A stretch of DNA of 62,918 nucleotides, the filler included, from Lenisia limosa (taxonomy: Eukaryota; Protista; Breviatea): NCBI GenBank assembly GCA_001655205.1. It is 13 parts of 13 records of this genome, joined end to end, with 100 filler letters (N's around TTAATTAATTAA, not from the genome) between each part and the next. Parts side by side here need not be neighbours in the genome. Positions count along the whole stretch, not along the records: positions 1 to 8,207 come from LPNZ01005258.1; positions 8,308 to 10,677 come from LPNZ01001968.1; positions 10,778 to 12,595 come from LPNZ01004127.1; positions 12,696 to 14,484 come from LPNZ01005820.1; 9 more parts are not named here. The stretch is one strand, 5' to 3'. The position numbers and the translations under genes are program-made. Positions 1 to 12,866 of this stretch are shown one piece after another. The notes under the pieces are model-generated. The model did not search any database. It saw only the letters and a program-made list of their open reading frames with translations, and was not told the DNA's origin. How positions within the stretch are numbered: position 1 is the first letter of the stretch; the number at the start of each line of letters is the position of its first letter.

Positions 1-83
1 AGTAAACGACAGCAACTGGAAAAAAAGAAAACATATCTATATGATATTTATTAGTACATACTATATATACTATGTATGTATAG

Positions 84-578
84 TCAAAGCTCCGGACATC
101 ATTCAAAATTTACCAGACACATCAAAACTCCCGGACAGCTTGAGTTTTCCATAAAAAATCATCATAAACCCTATTTCCCTTTTGTTTTCGAAAGTAATTC
201 CAATCTTGATCAAAGGATAAAACGCCTACTTCATATATTGTCGGGTCAAAACCAAAGACAAAGCAAAGGGGAACCCGGAACCAATTTCTCCGATGGGTGC
301 AAATTTTTGTTTCTTAACACCAAAAGAGCGTAAGGGATTCAGAATAAAATCCTGTGAAAAGGCAAAAGGGGGACCCACGGGAGACCAAATGCACGGATTT
401 TTGACATTTGCTCAAAATTGAAAAATAAAGTTGGGGAACATTAGGAGGTCCATTTATCTATATATCTGTCGAAGCAGTTTTTCAAAAAACTCTAACATTG
501 GCCTATACAAGATGTCAACTTCAGCTGTCCGGAGTTTTGATGTGTCCGATGAATTTTGAATGATGTCCGGAGCTTTGA
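84..578. mobile_element. MITE-like element with ~60-bp terminal inverted repeats
   Basis: 84-145 TCAAAGCTCCGGACATCATTCAAAATTTACCAGACACATCAAAACTCCCGGACAGCT is the near-perfect reverse complement of ~517-578. No convincing internal ORF and no clear TSD. Confidence 0.65.
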
Positions 579-639
579 GGACCCATTATGTGCAACAAAA
601 ACGCGTTTTGAAAAGTCAAACCGAGGCACGGGTCACCCC

Positions 640-3270
640 CACATACACCTGACTTGAGACATGAGAAATCATTGAGCGTCACAGCTGACTTGGTAGTGGC
701 AACCGGGAACACAATCTGCAAATGGTGAATTGAAACTGAAAATGGTGAAGTTGGAGGTAATCATTTGTAAAATTATATAATACATATCATATATGATACT
801 TTATGATATATGAGATGCATGTGTGTTAATATAAAATGCATAAAATAATACAAACTCTAACCTCCCTCTCTGACTCCCCCTCCTACCTCGATCCATGTGC
901 CAAGTCTGAAGGAATTTTTATCATCAGCTGGCCCATTGGCTGTGGTTGATACTGAAAAATGTGAAATAAGAGTTCAAAAGGAGGGTTTTCTCAGGTTTTT
1001 GCTGAAAATCTGTTCTTGTTTTTTTTTTGTATTGTTATCTCCTTGGAATCACTACAAAATAACGGATANNNNNNNNNNNNNNNNNNNNNNNNNNNNNNNN
1101 NNNNNNNNNNNNNNNNNNNNNNNNNNNNNNNNNNNNNNNNNNNNNNNNNNNNNNNNNNNNNNNNNNNNNNNNNNNNNNNNNNATAGTAAACCGAATGATT
1201 GGGCATTCAACATTTATCTTATAACTACACTATGCTTACAGTTAGTCTCCGGATCCATCCACCAATACCCACACACACACACATACCTGATGAAAAGAAG
1301 CCAAACTCTGTCGCCTTGGACTCGACTGTATATTGGTAGTTCCAGAGGTAGACCTATGGAGAGAATAAGACTCAGGAATAGTTGGTCAGATGAGACTGAT
1401 CAAATCCAATGTCTCTTAAACTAGATACTTACCTTGACAATGTACTGAGTTAGCTCCATTATGTTGTCAATTCTGTTGCCGTTAGTATCAAATATGGAGA
1501 TGAACAAGTCAAACTAGCAATTAGGAAAGCAAATACCCCCCCCCCTCAACTTGAACTTGCCATTGGGTTCGTCAAAGGTCTTAACATCTTCCCATCCCCC
1601 AGAAACGCATTTATCTTCTTGGCGGCAAATTTTGTAGCCTGAAAAATGACATTCTTTCAAGGTGGTGACGATGTTTAGTGCAAAAACGTGATGTTATTGC
1701 ATATTTCACTGGATAAAGTCATGCCTCTAGATACATATAGGCTGTCATTATATGTACTAGGAATACTTCCATCTCCCAACCTTGGTACATGACAGTGTCC
1801 GCGGGGAAGTCGGTAAATTCAAAGGTCACAGAAACGCTCTAAAAGAGTGTGTTATCAATTGAAATAAGAGGAAACGCAGTAATCAGCATATATTAAGATG
1901 GAAGAAGAATCCCAAAAAAAATTCTTTAAAAGGCATTTTATTTCCGCACACCTCTTCCCAGGAGTTATATCTTGACACAAAGGGGGTGGTGACGTTTGGT
2001 GCCACTGGAGCTAAAGAGGCCTGTGTGGTGTAATGGAAATTTAGATTGAACTTAAAAAATTACTCATCATATCACCTGACAATTATCACCATAAACACTC
2101 ATAATTACTTCACCAACCTTGGTTTCTGAGTACTGAAGCACGACGCTTCCATTTGGGTAGGTAAAGGAGCCCCTGAAGTCAAAACGACCACCATGAACCC
2201 TTAAGGGATAAACAGGCTTATGTGAAGTGAATACACATTTACCCCATGAGATTACTGACCAACCTTGGAGACTTGACTTCCATCTCAACGAAGGTGATTG
2301 TGTTGTTGTAGTTGGCAACGAGAGGATCAACAGTCACATTCTCGGCGGCAATGTACGAGAAACTATGATGAAGAACCCACGTTGGCTCCCCTCCTATCCG
2401 TGTTACGATGAATTCACCCAATCGTTTGCCTTACAACTCTGTGCACACAGCTTTCTGCGTGCCTCCCCAGCATACGTAATGATACCATTAAAATCAAGAT
2501 CCGGTCGATATTAAAGTCCTGTACCCCTCCCCCACCCACCACTATGTTCCTGCACTTCGAATAGCAGAGTCTGTGGGGGATTGTCCAAAACTGTGGAAAC
2601 GTCAGCACTGCAAAACATGCCGTCTTCGGTTGCCGTAAACTGCCATGTTCCCGCAGCCACTAAGCCTGCAAACAAGTCAGCTTGCTGGAGGATTCCGTAA
2701 CTAAAACTGCCCAAAAAATCACCATATACTACTTTGATAATTATGTATCTATGCATCGTAGCATATGATTGTAGAAATTCAGGGAATTCGGCTCACTTCA
2801 ACGTACATATATATATACATACACTCCCGACTCAAAAAAGAGTCCCTCTTTTTATTGGGAAATATAACAGGGGTATCCGTTATACAAAATAAAAAGAAAC
2901 ACCATCAACTTGGTAATGATAAGGTTCCCTACCTCCAAACCCCAAGAGATTTCATCAATTGAAATAAAAAATGAAACCCAAAATACCAGCTCCCAGTCTA
3001 CCATAAAGGGCAAGTAGCAAGAAGAACACCCTAAAAGCCTTCATTTGCCGATTGTCAAGACCTTATGGATCTTGGTCCTGTGAAGAGTTAAAACTCGGCC
3101 AATTCTCTGGAAATTGAGTTCCCCATCCATAATTATTGTTCTACTTTTGTGTACTCAATATATGCGACAGGGAAGGAAGCAAGGCGAGCCAAAAACAGCA
3201 AAGAAAAGTCAAACAAAACAATTCTGGTCAAATTCATCCGCTCACAATCTGAGTTGAATAATATCTTGCT
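640..3270 (-). CDS. Multi-exon hypothetical protein, possibly secreted or extracellular; boundaries approximate
   Basis: Minus-strand GT..AG-bounded exons, e.g. YGILQQADLFAGLVAAGTWQFTATEDG (~2560-2700), GEPTWVLHHSFSYIAAENVTVDPLVANYNNTITFVEME (~2240-2395), FDLFISIFDTNGNRIDNIMELTQYIVK (~1435-1515) and IVFPVATTKSAVTLNDFSCLKS (~650-720). Several N-x-S/T sequons. No family recognised. Confidence 0.55.
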
Positions 3271-3769
3271 CAATCAGCACGGGCAAAAAGGGTAAAGGGC
3301 AAAAAATAATCAATTAAAAACATATAAAACTCGGGGTTTATACATTATTTAAGCTGTTTTTTTTTTTTTTTGTTCAAGCTCTTTTCCATTGCTAATTGAA
3401 CAATAATTTGTTGAGAAGAACTAAAATGATAGAATTAAGATCGCTAACGGACCACGCTAATAGTTCTCTCAACTTCCCTAGGTTGGCTAACCGCCTTCTC
3501 CCAGCTCTGATGTTGTTTACTGAATAACTAAGGAAAATGGAAGAGAGTGCCCAATTTTTCCTTTCTTGGGGATCATCAACAGACACTTCTCTTTGGAGAG
3601 ATTGCTTCTTCTTATGTGATACTGCTGATTTTTGAGTAACAGTTGTTCTTAATTTGGCTACATTCCTTCTTTTTCTTTTTATATTTTTATTGCTTTTCCT
3701 CATCCTTATATGGAATTGTTTTTTTTTTGTTTTTGTTTGTTGTTGTTGGTGATATTCCTCAAAAGCTAT

Positions 3770-6380
3770 CAAGCTAATTATCCTCCAATTGCTTTGTTCT
3801 TAGGCAGTAGGTTTGAGGGATACAAAGTGGACAAACACGTCGTGACAGGGGTGCTATCGATGAAAATCCCAGCAGTGGCCACCACACCGATCTCATCAAC
3901 TGCAATACCTTATGACAGGTAATTATTGCTGCTGGATTACAAGTATATAGAATATTATCATATGATAAACTCTATTAAATAAAAACAGTATGTAATAACC
4001 ACATGGATCATACATTCGATACACTTTGAATCAAATGCCTTTGGCCCTCATTCCCTAGATTAATGAAGCAAGCGACACAATCTGCCCTCTGTCGCCATCC
4101 CTATATGGATGGACATGCCTTCTACATCTCCAATGACTTCTATGTGGTCTATATTTCGGAAAAAAAGGTTAGTTTAACTGCAAGAATAGTCACTCGTCTA
4201 TTGAATTGAAAACTCTTTTTTTTTTAAGGAAAATTTAGCCTTGAATACAGGGAAAACGTGCCAAAGATCAGTAGCTTTTTATTGGGCTTTATTAAAGAGA
4301 AAATTATCACTCAATTGTATAAAATTCGAACAGAGTATGGTGGAAATTTTTGCATGATAGGCCAAGGCCCAAATAAGTACTTAATTGGTTTGCTGAATCA
4401 TATCTTCTCCAAATTATTTTGATAACATGTTGGCCTTTGCTCCTTATTGGATCATAGATTACTCGTCTTATGAAGCTCCCGGAACCTGTACAAGGCACAT
4501 GGGCCGAACCCTATACGTTGGGAGGGGTGGGTGAATAGAATGAAACTTTTTTAAGTTGGGAGCTTTTTTACTTTTTTTATCAAAAAAAATAAACAAACAA
4601 TACATAAAATATTCTTGGGATACAAATATAGAAACCAGAACAATAACAATGAATATAAATATGAACTTGATTTCTTCACAACTTGTCTTAGGTTGACTCC
4701 CCTTCGCATCCTGAATCGCCCTAATTTCGAAACACCTTGTGGTTAGCTGGGGGAGGGGGTCATTTCAGTTTGAAGAAGAGGTATTTATAAGCACCCAATT
4801 CCCCTCCACTCAATTCGGGAGAGGGGGATTGTTGTTTGTTTCAGAGTTGCATTTCACCCCCCCCCCCCNNNNNNNNNNNNNNNNNNNNNNNNNNNNNNNN
4901 NNNNNNNNNNNNNNNNNNNNNNNNNNNNNNNNNNNNNNNNNNNNNNNNNNNNNNNNNNTTATTACAAGAGGATTGGAGGTGCGTGTTGGGGTGGTTGCTA
5001 AAAGGAACTCTGATTGCCTTTTCTTCCACACAAGAAGAATAATCATCGTTAATTTTGCAGGGTGAAAAGGCATATTGGTCTGTTGTCCCTCTACATGATA
5101 TTTGGCCAGAGCTCTCATTTGGAGTTGAAGATTTCTGGACGGATGATGGAGGTTGGGAGTGGGGTATTAGATTAAAGGGTTCCTACATTTCATATCCCAG
5201 AATAATTATAACTTTTAATTGTATGGTAATTGTAATAGCTAGTATATGATTGATATTTATTTTCACATTCAGCTTCTACTGTCAGCGTGTTACTTTCTTC
5301 TGTGAAACTTGATGTTGGTAAAGGTAAGCAGTAACGGGATTATACATCCCCTCTTTTCACACACACCAACGTCTATTGTTCAAGAATGGGATGCAGTTCT
5401 ACAGATTACATTTTTCCGTCTTTGTGTATTCACCCCCCCCCCCCCNNNNNNNNNNNNNNNNNNNNNNNNNNNNNNNNNNNNNNNNNNNNNNNNNNNNNNN
5501 NNNNNNNNNNNNNNNNNNNNNNNNNNNNNNNNNNNNNNNNNNNNNNNNNNNNNNNNNNNNNNNNNNNNNNNNNNNNNNNNNNNNNNNNNNNNNNNNNNNN
5601 NNNNNNNNNNNNNNNNNGACATTCACACATTAAATCTGACCTCTTAAGGAGTCGCTTGAAGCAGGGTTTGGTATACCACAGACTCCCAGAGGTACTGCGA
5701 GGTATGTTGGAAGCATATCAGAATGCTTCAGCTTAAAAGATTAAATTCCTGAGGCCGTGAAAGATATTTAATCGGAAAGTACCAAAATTAAAATTTGCAT
5801 ATTCTCTCTTTGGTCTCCATTAGTACCGAATTTACTGGCCTTGTTTTTTTAAAAAAAAATCATAAATGTGGTAAGGCAAGGAAGTCATAGTATCTTGTAT
5901 TTTCTTACTTTTCTTCAGGTTTGTTGCTACCACCTCATGTATGTTTACTGTCGATGGAGGTAGGGATATCTTAAAATCACATATTATTACACCCAGCCAT
6001 CAACTATCGGAGCCTCGGTAACCAAGACGATGACGAACTGGATGGAGAAGACGCTCTCTCACCTGAGGAGATGGAGAAAATCCGCGAGTCTTTCAAAGTG
6101 AGGAAATATTTTGGCTTTTAATTTGATTTTTTTTTCATAATGTTTGAGATGCGCGGTTTTTGTTGGTGTTGGAAAAAAACTTCAGACTTTAACCACAGCC
6201 TCACTTCAGTAGAATCCCCCCCCACACACACACACACATACACCCAAGGATCAACTCCCTTCTTTAATTTGACAGGATAAAACATCGGAGAAGATTGAGG
6301 AACATGAGCCGACCACTCAGCTTAATAACGCCCTCTATGGTGACGGTGTTGACGCCCTGCCTGGTGGGTGGGTGATCTCT
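3770..6380 (+). CDS. Multi-exon hypothetical protein; boundaries approximate
   Basis: Plus-strand exons with splice signals: FEGYKVDKHVVTGVLSMKIP (~3815), GEKAYWSVVPLHDIWPELSFGVEDFW (~5061), NYRSLGNQDDDELDGEDALSPEEMEKIRESFK (~6003-6097) and DKTSEKIEEHEPTTQLNNALYGDGVDALPG (~6277). No family recognised. Confidence 0.5.
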
Positions 6381-6486
6381 TGGGGATTTTTTTTATATAA
6401 TATGTAGTATATTTTAGCTATATCATTTTATTATTATTATTATTATTATTTATGATATATCGATATAGTATATATATCACAACACC

Positions 6487-7770
6487 TTGAACTTCTTCCT
6501 GGGCTTCTTTTTCGGGGCAGTGGCCTTCTGCTGAGAGTCGAGCTTCTTGGCTTCTGCGATGCGACGTTTCATATTGGCAGTGAGCTGCTTGGTGCCATCA
6601 AGACTCTCAAAGATCTCCTAATACAGGTTATTTCAAGATAATGAAAATCATAATTCAAAGAAATATAAGAAAAAGCAGCCCTACTTTAGGACCACACATC
6701 AGGCCATGAGATGAGTTAATGCGCTGATTCTGAAGAACAGACTCCTTGATGTCAGACTCATCAGCGATAAGTTCTCCTGGCTTGAGGGCAACCACAGTTT
6801 CACCCTTAAGTAAATGAGAACAAAAATGACATCTGAATACAATAAAAAAAACAATGAAAATATAGGGCAAACCTTTTTCACAGCGATGACATTGTATGAA
6901 GGCAGTTCTTCAAGGATTGGTCCGACAGACACAGACTGAAGACACGCATGAGAGACCATAGTGCTCAGAATGCGACAATGTTGCCACCTTAAAACACCTC
7001 AAAACGTCAGTCGAAAGCTCAGGGTGTCTGTAAAGGAAGGTGGAAGATGCTGCTGCAGCTCCAAGAAGGAAAGCCTTTTCCGATTCACTGAGATTCATAT
7101 CTGGCATTGAGATGTTCACACACCCCTTTCATCACCTTCTTTATCTGCCTCTTTCGAAAACAAGTTGAAACCAAGAGTTCCACTAAGGAACTACATTTAA
7201 ACTTAATTGCATTTGTATTTTTCCAAAAAAAAATAGTTTTTTCCTTGAATTTCTCTATAGATACATATATTTTTTATTATTATTATTTTTTTATTATTTT
7301 TTTTTTTTTTTGGGGGGGGGGGGGATNNNNNNNNNNNNNNNNNNNNNNNNNNNNNNNNNNNNNNNNNNNNNNNNNNNNNNNNNNNNNNNNNNNNNNNNNN
7401 NNNNNNNNNNNNNNNNNNNNNNNNNNNNNNNNNNNNNNNNCGTAAGGAGGATACTCAATCACCATTCTAGTCTGTCTGTAACCTGATTTTCTCGTAGGAG
7501 AAGACTCTCCAGAGTATTCCATGTCCCTGGGCAACCACAGATGGGGCTTCGTGATACCGCCGGCGACAAAGGGAAATTCAGCCTTTGGTGGGATATTTTC
7601 TTCTTGTTGTGCACTTACTACTGTCGTACTGTTACTATTTTGCCAATTGACTGCTCAGTCACTAAGAACGACATTGACATGTTCGCATTCGATCTCGTGC
7701 CAAATACCACTGAAGTGGGAAGAGGGTTTTCCGAGAATTATGATTATTGAGACAGTATGGATACTTTTTT
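6487..7770 (-). CDS. Multi-exon hypothetical protein with a Lys-rich C-terminal region
   Basis: Minus exons: SESEKAFLLGAAAASSTFLYRHPELS, SVGPILEELPSYNVIAVKK, GETVVALKPGELIADESDIKESVLQNQRINSSHGLMCGPK and EIFESLDGTKQLTANMKRRIAEAKKLDSQQKATAPKKKPRKKFK. Confidence 0.5.
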
Positions 7771-8207
7771 TCTAGTTTACCATCTTAACACACTTTCAGC
7801 CTTTTATTCCTTGTCACACTAAGACGCTCCCTGCAATGAATTACATTTTCTCCACAAAGAAGGTTAAGGTACGATAGTTTGAGTGTATCAGTGCAAGTAT
7901 ATTTTACATTCACCTTCAACCTAATATGAACTCTCGTTCATATTTCAGTCGTTTTCGCCCTCGCCATCCGCAAAGTTTGTGGTTCTTGTCGATGGACCTC
8001 TGATTTGCATATACCGCACCCAGCCCGACAACGGAATGACAGCACCATACCGAGTGGGGTTAATATTATTTATATTGTCGTCCAGATTGTCAGATCAGTT
8101 AATTCTATCCTTGCTCCAATAATTCTGTAGATTATTGAGACTCATGACTGTGAGCAGTATTTTGGCATCCAAGTGTTTGACGACCACGCCTTAGTGGGGG
8201 GGGGGGG

Positions 8208-8307
8208 NNNNNNNNNNNNNNNNNNNNNNNNNNNNNNNNNNNNNNNNNNNNTTAATTAATTAANNNNNNNNNNNNNNNNNNNNNNNNNNNNNNNNNNNNN
8301 NNNNNNN
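8208..8307. other. Artificial assembly spacer (N-run + TTAATTAATTAA six-frame stop + N-run, 100 bp); 12 in the window
   Basis: Identical 12-mer centred in N runs at 8252, 10722, 12640, 14529, 39580, 42929, 48607, 50706, 53218, 55573, 58191 and 61060. It has stop codons in all six frames. Confidence 0.97.
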
Positions 8308-8329
8308 CCTAGTTCAACGCCTAGCAACA

Positions 8330-10280
8330 TACCCAAGTCTCAGCCGCTCGCTCACTTCCGACACTCCTAGCCCTGATGCTGACCTTCATGATGCCGCTTC
8401 CGACCTTTTCGGCGCTGTAAGCGGGGTCAAAAGAATCTACATTCTCTTGTTATAACTGTAATTTTTTGTGTGGATGATACATAAAACATGTTTTTTGCTG
8501 TTTTTATTTGATACTGCTTTGTTTCACTGTTAATATTGATTACATTTATTAAAACACCTTCAATAACATCGAGATTGGCCGGGCCTATTTGGACCAGTGG
8601 GAAGCCCCACTAACTCTTTTTTATCATTTACCTTGGGCTTCCACTCGATAAATCATCGATATCATATATACTACATATAATTCGATAGTTCACCGATATT
8701 TTTCTTACCGGAGTGAAACCTTACATTTACTCCCTCCTCCAGGCCTTAGCAGCCGAGTTTACCACCCCCCGTGTAAGAAGCGCACTACGCCGGTCCGGGT
8801 GGGGTGGGGAGTAAAACGAAGGAACGATGGAGAATATTGGCATAAAGGTACTAATCACGAACCGGGTGGGGGGTGAAAAGAAGGGCGTATGTTAACCCAT
8901 ATCCACCAGTGATATGATCATATGACCGACTTGCAAGTCGAAATGATGAACAAAGATAACATGAGGGTTCATCCCGAGTGTATCAGAGTATCATTGAAAC
9001 TTGTCGGTCAATTTATTATTCGAGTGGATATGAGTGTGAAAATGATCGAAAAAGGGATCTGATAAAAAGGTGGGGAGGGCTGAGGCCGCATTCGACTGCT
9101 TAGATATCTAAACTTTTTTTCAAATTTGAAAGTTAGATAATAAAGAATTTAGGTAGTGTATTCGACCACAAATTTAAGCTTATCCTTGTACCAGTATATC
9201 TGGCTAGAGTTTGCTGAATGCGTTTCAAGCTTTATTGCCTTGTAAATGGTAATTTCACAGAAAAGAAAGTATAACTGATCAGGTCCAGCAAAAGTATAGG
9301 CAAAGAAAGATGGCAAAAAGTATAGTCAAAGAAAAATGGCAAAAGTATAGTCAAAGAAAGATGGCAAAAGTATAATTCGTTCCTACAGCTTCCAATATAA
9401 GGTTATGACCCTAATAATAGGATAGAAAGATGGTTTCAAGAAAATAAATACAGATTTGCTCTATTTAGGAAAAGGGAACCAACAATAACGCTTTTGTTGA
9501 GAAAATTAGAAAGAAAACAAATTAGCTCCTTTGAGGCCGTTATAATTTTAAGGAGGGGTAATTGGTCACGAAGAGTCACGTGCACAGTTTAGATTTCTTA
9601 GCCAGCTAGAGAGTGAGATTTTTGGTCGAACACAAAATCTCAGTAAAATCTAAGAAAAAGCTAAGAATCCAAGGGTGATCGAACCCGGACTGATAAAGTG
9701 AGGGGGGAGGGTCACCTTCATCCCCAGGAAAACTTTACTAACCCCCCCCCCCAGATCAGTGAAACACCCACCCACGGCCCCCTTAGTCGTCAAGGCTTGG
9801 CGCACTGACAAGGATGCCAACATCCGAAGTGATCTTGCCGCGGCCGTGCTAAGTTCGAATTCGTCTGTGGACTTGTTGAAGGTTTGTGAGGCTTTGTCTT
9901 ATTATTATCGTTTATTGCAGCCTGTCTTGTGACAATCTTGTACATTTGTTTCAAATCATTCCTTTTAAAAACTAATTGTCTCTTGAGCTTTTACTTTATT
10001 TGAATTTAATTCCTGTTGATAGGCTTGCCATTTTGACCTCTTCAGACTAAGCGTCACGCGAAATCACTAAGGGCTTTTGTTGAGGTTGGTGTTGACATGA
10101 TTGGATTACATTGCTTTATGGGGCCTGTGTTTCTTTCAAATAGTGAAACTTGCCAACACGTCATGCTTTCTGGTTATCATAATTTCACTTATCTGCCTAC
10201 ATTCTAACTCAATAGGACGCAGAGGATGAGTTATTTTCGCTTCTGAGCTTCAAACCTTGCAATGGTTTGTTCATCTGGGT
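8330..10280 (+). CDS. Partial multi-exon hypothetical protein
   Basis: Exons LVQRLATYPSLSRSLTSDTPSPDADLHDAASDLFGA|gtaagc, cag|ALAAEFTTPRVRSALRRSG, VVKAWRTDKDANIRSDLAAAVLSSNSSVDLLK|gtttgt and DAEDELFSLLSFKPCNGLFIW. Confidence 0.5.
9289..9374. repeat. Minisatellite, ~25-26-bp unit, ~3.4 copies
   Basis: GCAAAAGTATAGTCAAAGAAAGATG repeated in tandem. Confidence 0.85.
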
Positions 10281-10392
10281 TATTTATGAGGATTAAAGTG
10301 ACTGATCTCTTTTGGGCGTCAAGTCAATATTAAATCATACATACAATATGATATCATCTTCACGATATCTATCCGCACCAGGATTTTGTACG

Positions 10393-10490
10393 ACTAATGA
10401 TTGTAACACTAATGATTGTAAAACTAATGATTGTAAGACTAATGATTGTTAGACAAATGATTGTTGGACTAATGATTGTAAAACTAATGT
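10393..10490. repeat. Minisatellite, 15-bp unit ACTAATGATTGTAA(C/A/G), ~6.5 copies
   Basis: Directly visible tandem array. Confidence 0.9.
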
Positions 10491-10809
10491 TTGGGTGAAT
10501 TAGTATTGTGAGGGCTTAAGATAAAGGCATTTCTATTTCTCATTTCTACATGTCCCAATCCTGTCACGTCTCTTCCCCCCTAACATTGAAGGAGTTATGC
10601 CTCTTTCAAATGCTGCGATGTGTGTCTCTGCCGGTCTGGTCAGACGATGGGACTCTCTTTGTGATGGTCGGTCGGGGNNNNNNNNNNNNNNNNNNNNNNN
10701 NNNNNNNNNNNNNNNNNNNNNTTAATTAATTAANNNNNNNNNNNNNNNNNNNNNNNNNNNNNNNNNNNNNNNNNNNNCGCGCTATATTTTATCCAACCCA
10801 TATCAGTAC

Positions 10810-10932
10810 GCTGAAGTGATGGGATGCGGTGTTTGGGCTTTGTTAGTTTTAGTGTTCTCAACCCTGTGTTGCCAACCAACAGAGTTATTTGGGCTTTTTG
10901 TTTCATCAATATCCCAATTTTACCCCCCCTCC
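10810..10932 (+). repeat. Dispersed intronic repeat family A, copy
   Basis: Core TCAACCC..GTG..CCAACAGAGTT..TTTTGTTTCAT..CCAATTTTAC is shared with ~12756, 24700, 45234, 45428, 51851, 56753, 57256 and 61150. Confidence 0.8.
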
Positions 10933-11002
10933 ACTTCTCTTCCACGTCTTTAAGAAAATCGGAGTTGACTTACAGTAATTTTCCAATTTTACGATTATTC
11001 GG

Positions 11003-11072
11003 TTCGTGATTAGTACCTTCCGCCAATAGTCATCGAAATTTCCTTCGTTTTACTCCCCCCCCCCCTCTGCAG
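11003..11072 (+). repeat. Dispersed intronic repeat family B
   Basis: TTCGTGATTAGTACCTT..GCCAATA..TCCTTCGTTTTACTCCC..CAG|. Reverse-complement copies at ~8805-8870, ~40799-40870 and, degenerate, ~52246-52295. Confidence 0.75.
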
Positions 11073-12755
11073 TTGTGCGGACGGATGGTTTCGCAGTTGT
11101 TGGGCGTTCTTCAAGCCCGTCTCCTTCACTGGCGTTGCCAATACAGAAAAACTGGTCTGGGGGGGGGGGNNNNNNNNNNNNNNNNNNNNNNNNNNNNNNN
11201 NNNNNNNNNNNNNNNNNNNNNNNNNNNNNNNNNNATGGTATTATACCCATTTTGACTGTATGGGGGTAAGATGATGCCTTTTCTTAAAAGAATAGTATGC
11301 TTGAGAGGCACATAGAAAGCTGTGTGCAAGCAAATGGTTGGATGAATTAAACTATTATACTACAATTCAATATCTCTGAATTGTGTGTGATGGTGTGGAC
11401 GGCTTAGGCCAAATACAAACTTGTTTTTTATTTCTCGTCTATTGGAATCTGAGATGATTCTGTTTTCTTTTTCTAATGTAATCTTAACGTTTTTCCAGCT
11501 GCATTTTGCGACCCGTTTCCTCACACCGTAGGCTCGACTTCAGCTGTACCGTTACGATCCGAAGGTATACAAAAGTCTCAGGGGCGAGAAGCCTTCCACC
11601 AGGACACCCCTAGTCTATCACATGTGAGTTTGTGTTAATTGAACGTAATTGTTCAAATGGTATGGTGTATGTAGGGCTTCCTTGCTTTCCGAAAAAGACC
11701 CGTAAATTATTGATATTATTGAGGATTTATCGAGAAATTCTGTCTTTTTTTGGAACCGAAGGCTAATATGTAATATGCGTATTGTTTAATCGTCGTTTGG
11801 ATAGTCACTCATAATTGGCCACTGTCTCATTCTAAACTGTGCTTTCTGTAATATGAGTATTGACCTCCTATTATCATATGGGTTTCCCCATCTCTACCTC
11901 TTCACTTGAGTTTCCCATCTCTACCTATTATCACATGTCAGAGTGTTGCGCTGATGTCTCTCAGCGTCACATGTAAATGTTGTATTATATTCTATTAGAT
12001 GTTATTCTTTGACCAAAACCCCTTCTATTACCTCGTTTTTAACAACCCCAGAAACTTTCTAACCGTCATAACACCCCAAATCCCTCTTTATTTACCTTCA
12101 AGGTTCAAACATGGTCGACGAATGAAGTACCCTTCCACCCTCTACGTCACAATGAAGGGCGTTCCGGCTCCCCCTGTCAGACACAGTCAGTGGCGAGAGC
12201 GTCACTTTGTCTACTGTTCTTCAACCTCTAGATCTTCATGATCCTACTTACAATGGAGACTTTTCTGCAAATATTTTTCATTTCTGAACATGAATGATGT
12301 GTCGATAAATTCTCGATAGCTATTGATATTTGATCAGTCCCCCCCCCCCCTTCCTCCCTTCCCTCTACTCTTAACTCTCTAGTAGTCAACGAGAGACCCG
12401 TTATCGCGTCAGAACAGGAAGTTGGTAAACACTCTTATGAGGTAGGATTCCGAGGTTTTTATCGATAGTTTTCGAGTATTTATAGATGAATTAAGTTTTT
12501 TGAAACGAAGTGAAGCTCTATTTGTGTTTCGTAAATTTTCCTTTTTATCCCCTCTACATATCCCGCACAGCATCCCCCTTCCAACACAAACCTCANNNNN
12601 NNNNNNNNNNNNNNNNNNNNNNNNNNNNNNNNNNNNNNNTTAATTAATTAANNNNNNNNNNNNNNNNNNNNNNNNNNNNNNNNNNNNNNNNNNNNCCTCG
12701 GTGTCGTCGTCGTCACTGGCAATAAAGTCCATAGTAGCCTGGTGGTATGCCGGGG

Positions 12756-12866
12756 CTGCGTGTAAAATTTATGAAACAAAAAAAGTCAAAAATCAACTCT
12801 GTTGGTTGACAACGCACGAGGGTTGATACAACAAAACAAAAAAAGTCCAGGCCAGTCGCTTCTACA
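12756..12866 (-). repeat. Family A copy ending at a 3' splice site
   Basis: Minus strand reads ...CAACAGAGTTGATTTTTGACTTTTTTGTTTCATAAATTTTACACGCAG| followed by an exon. Confidence 0.8.
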
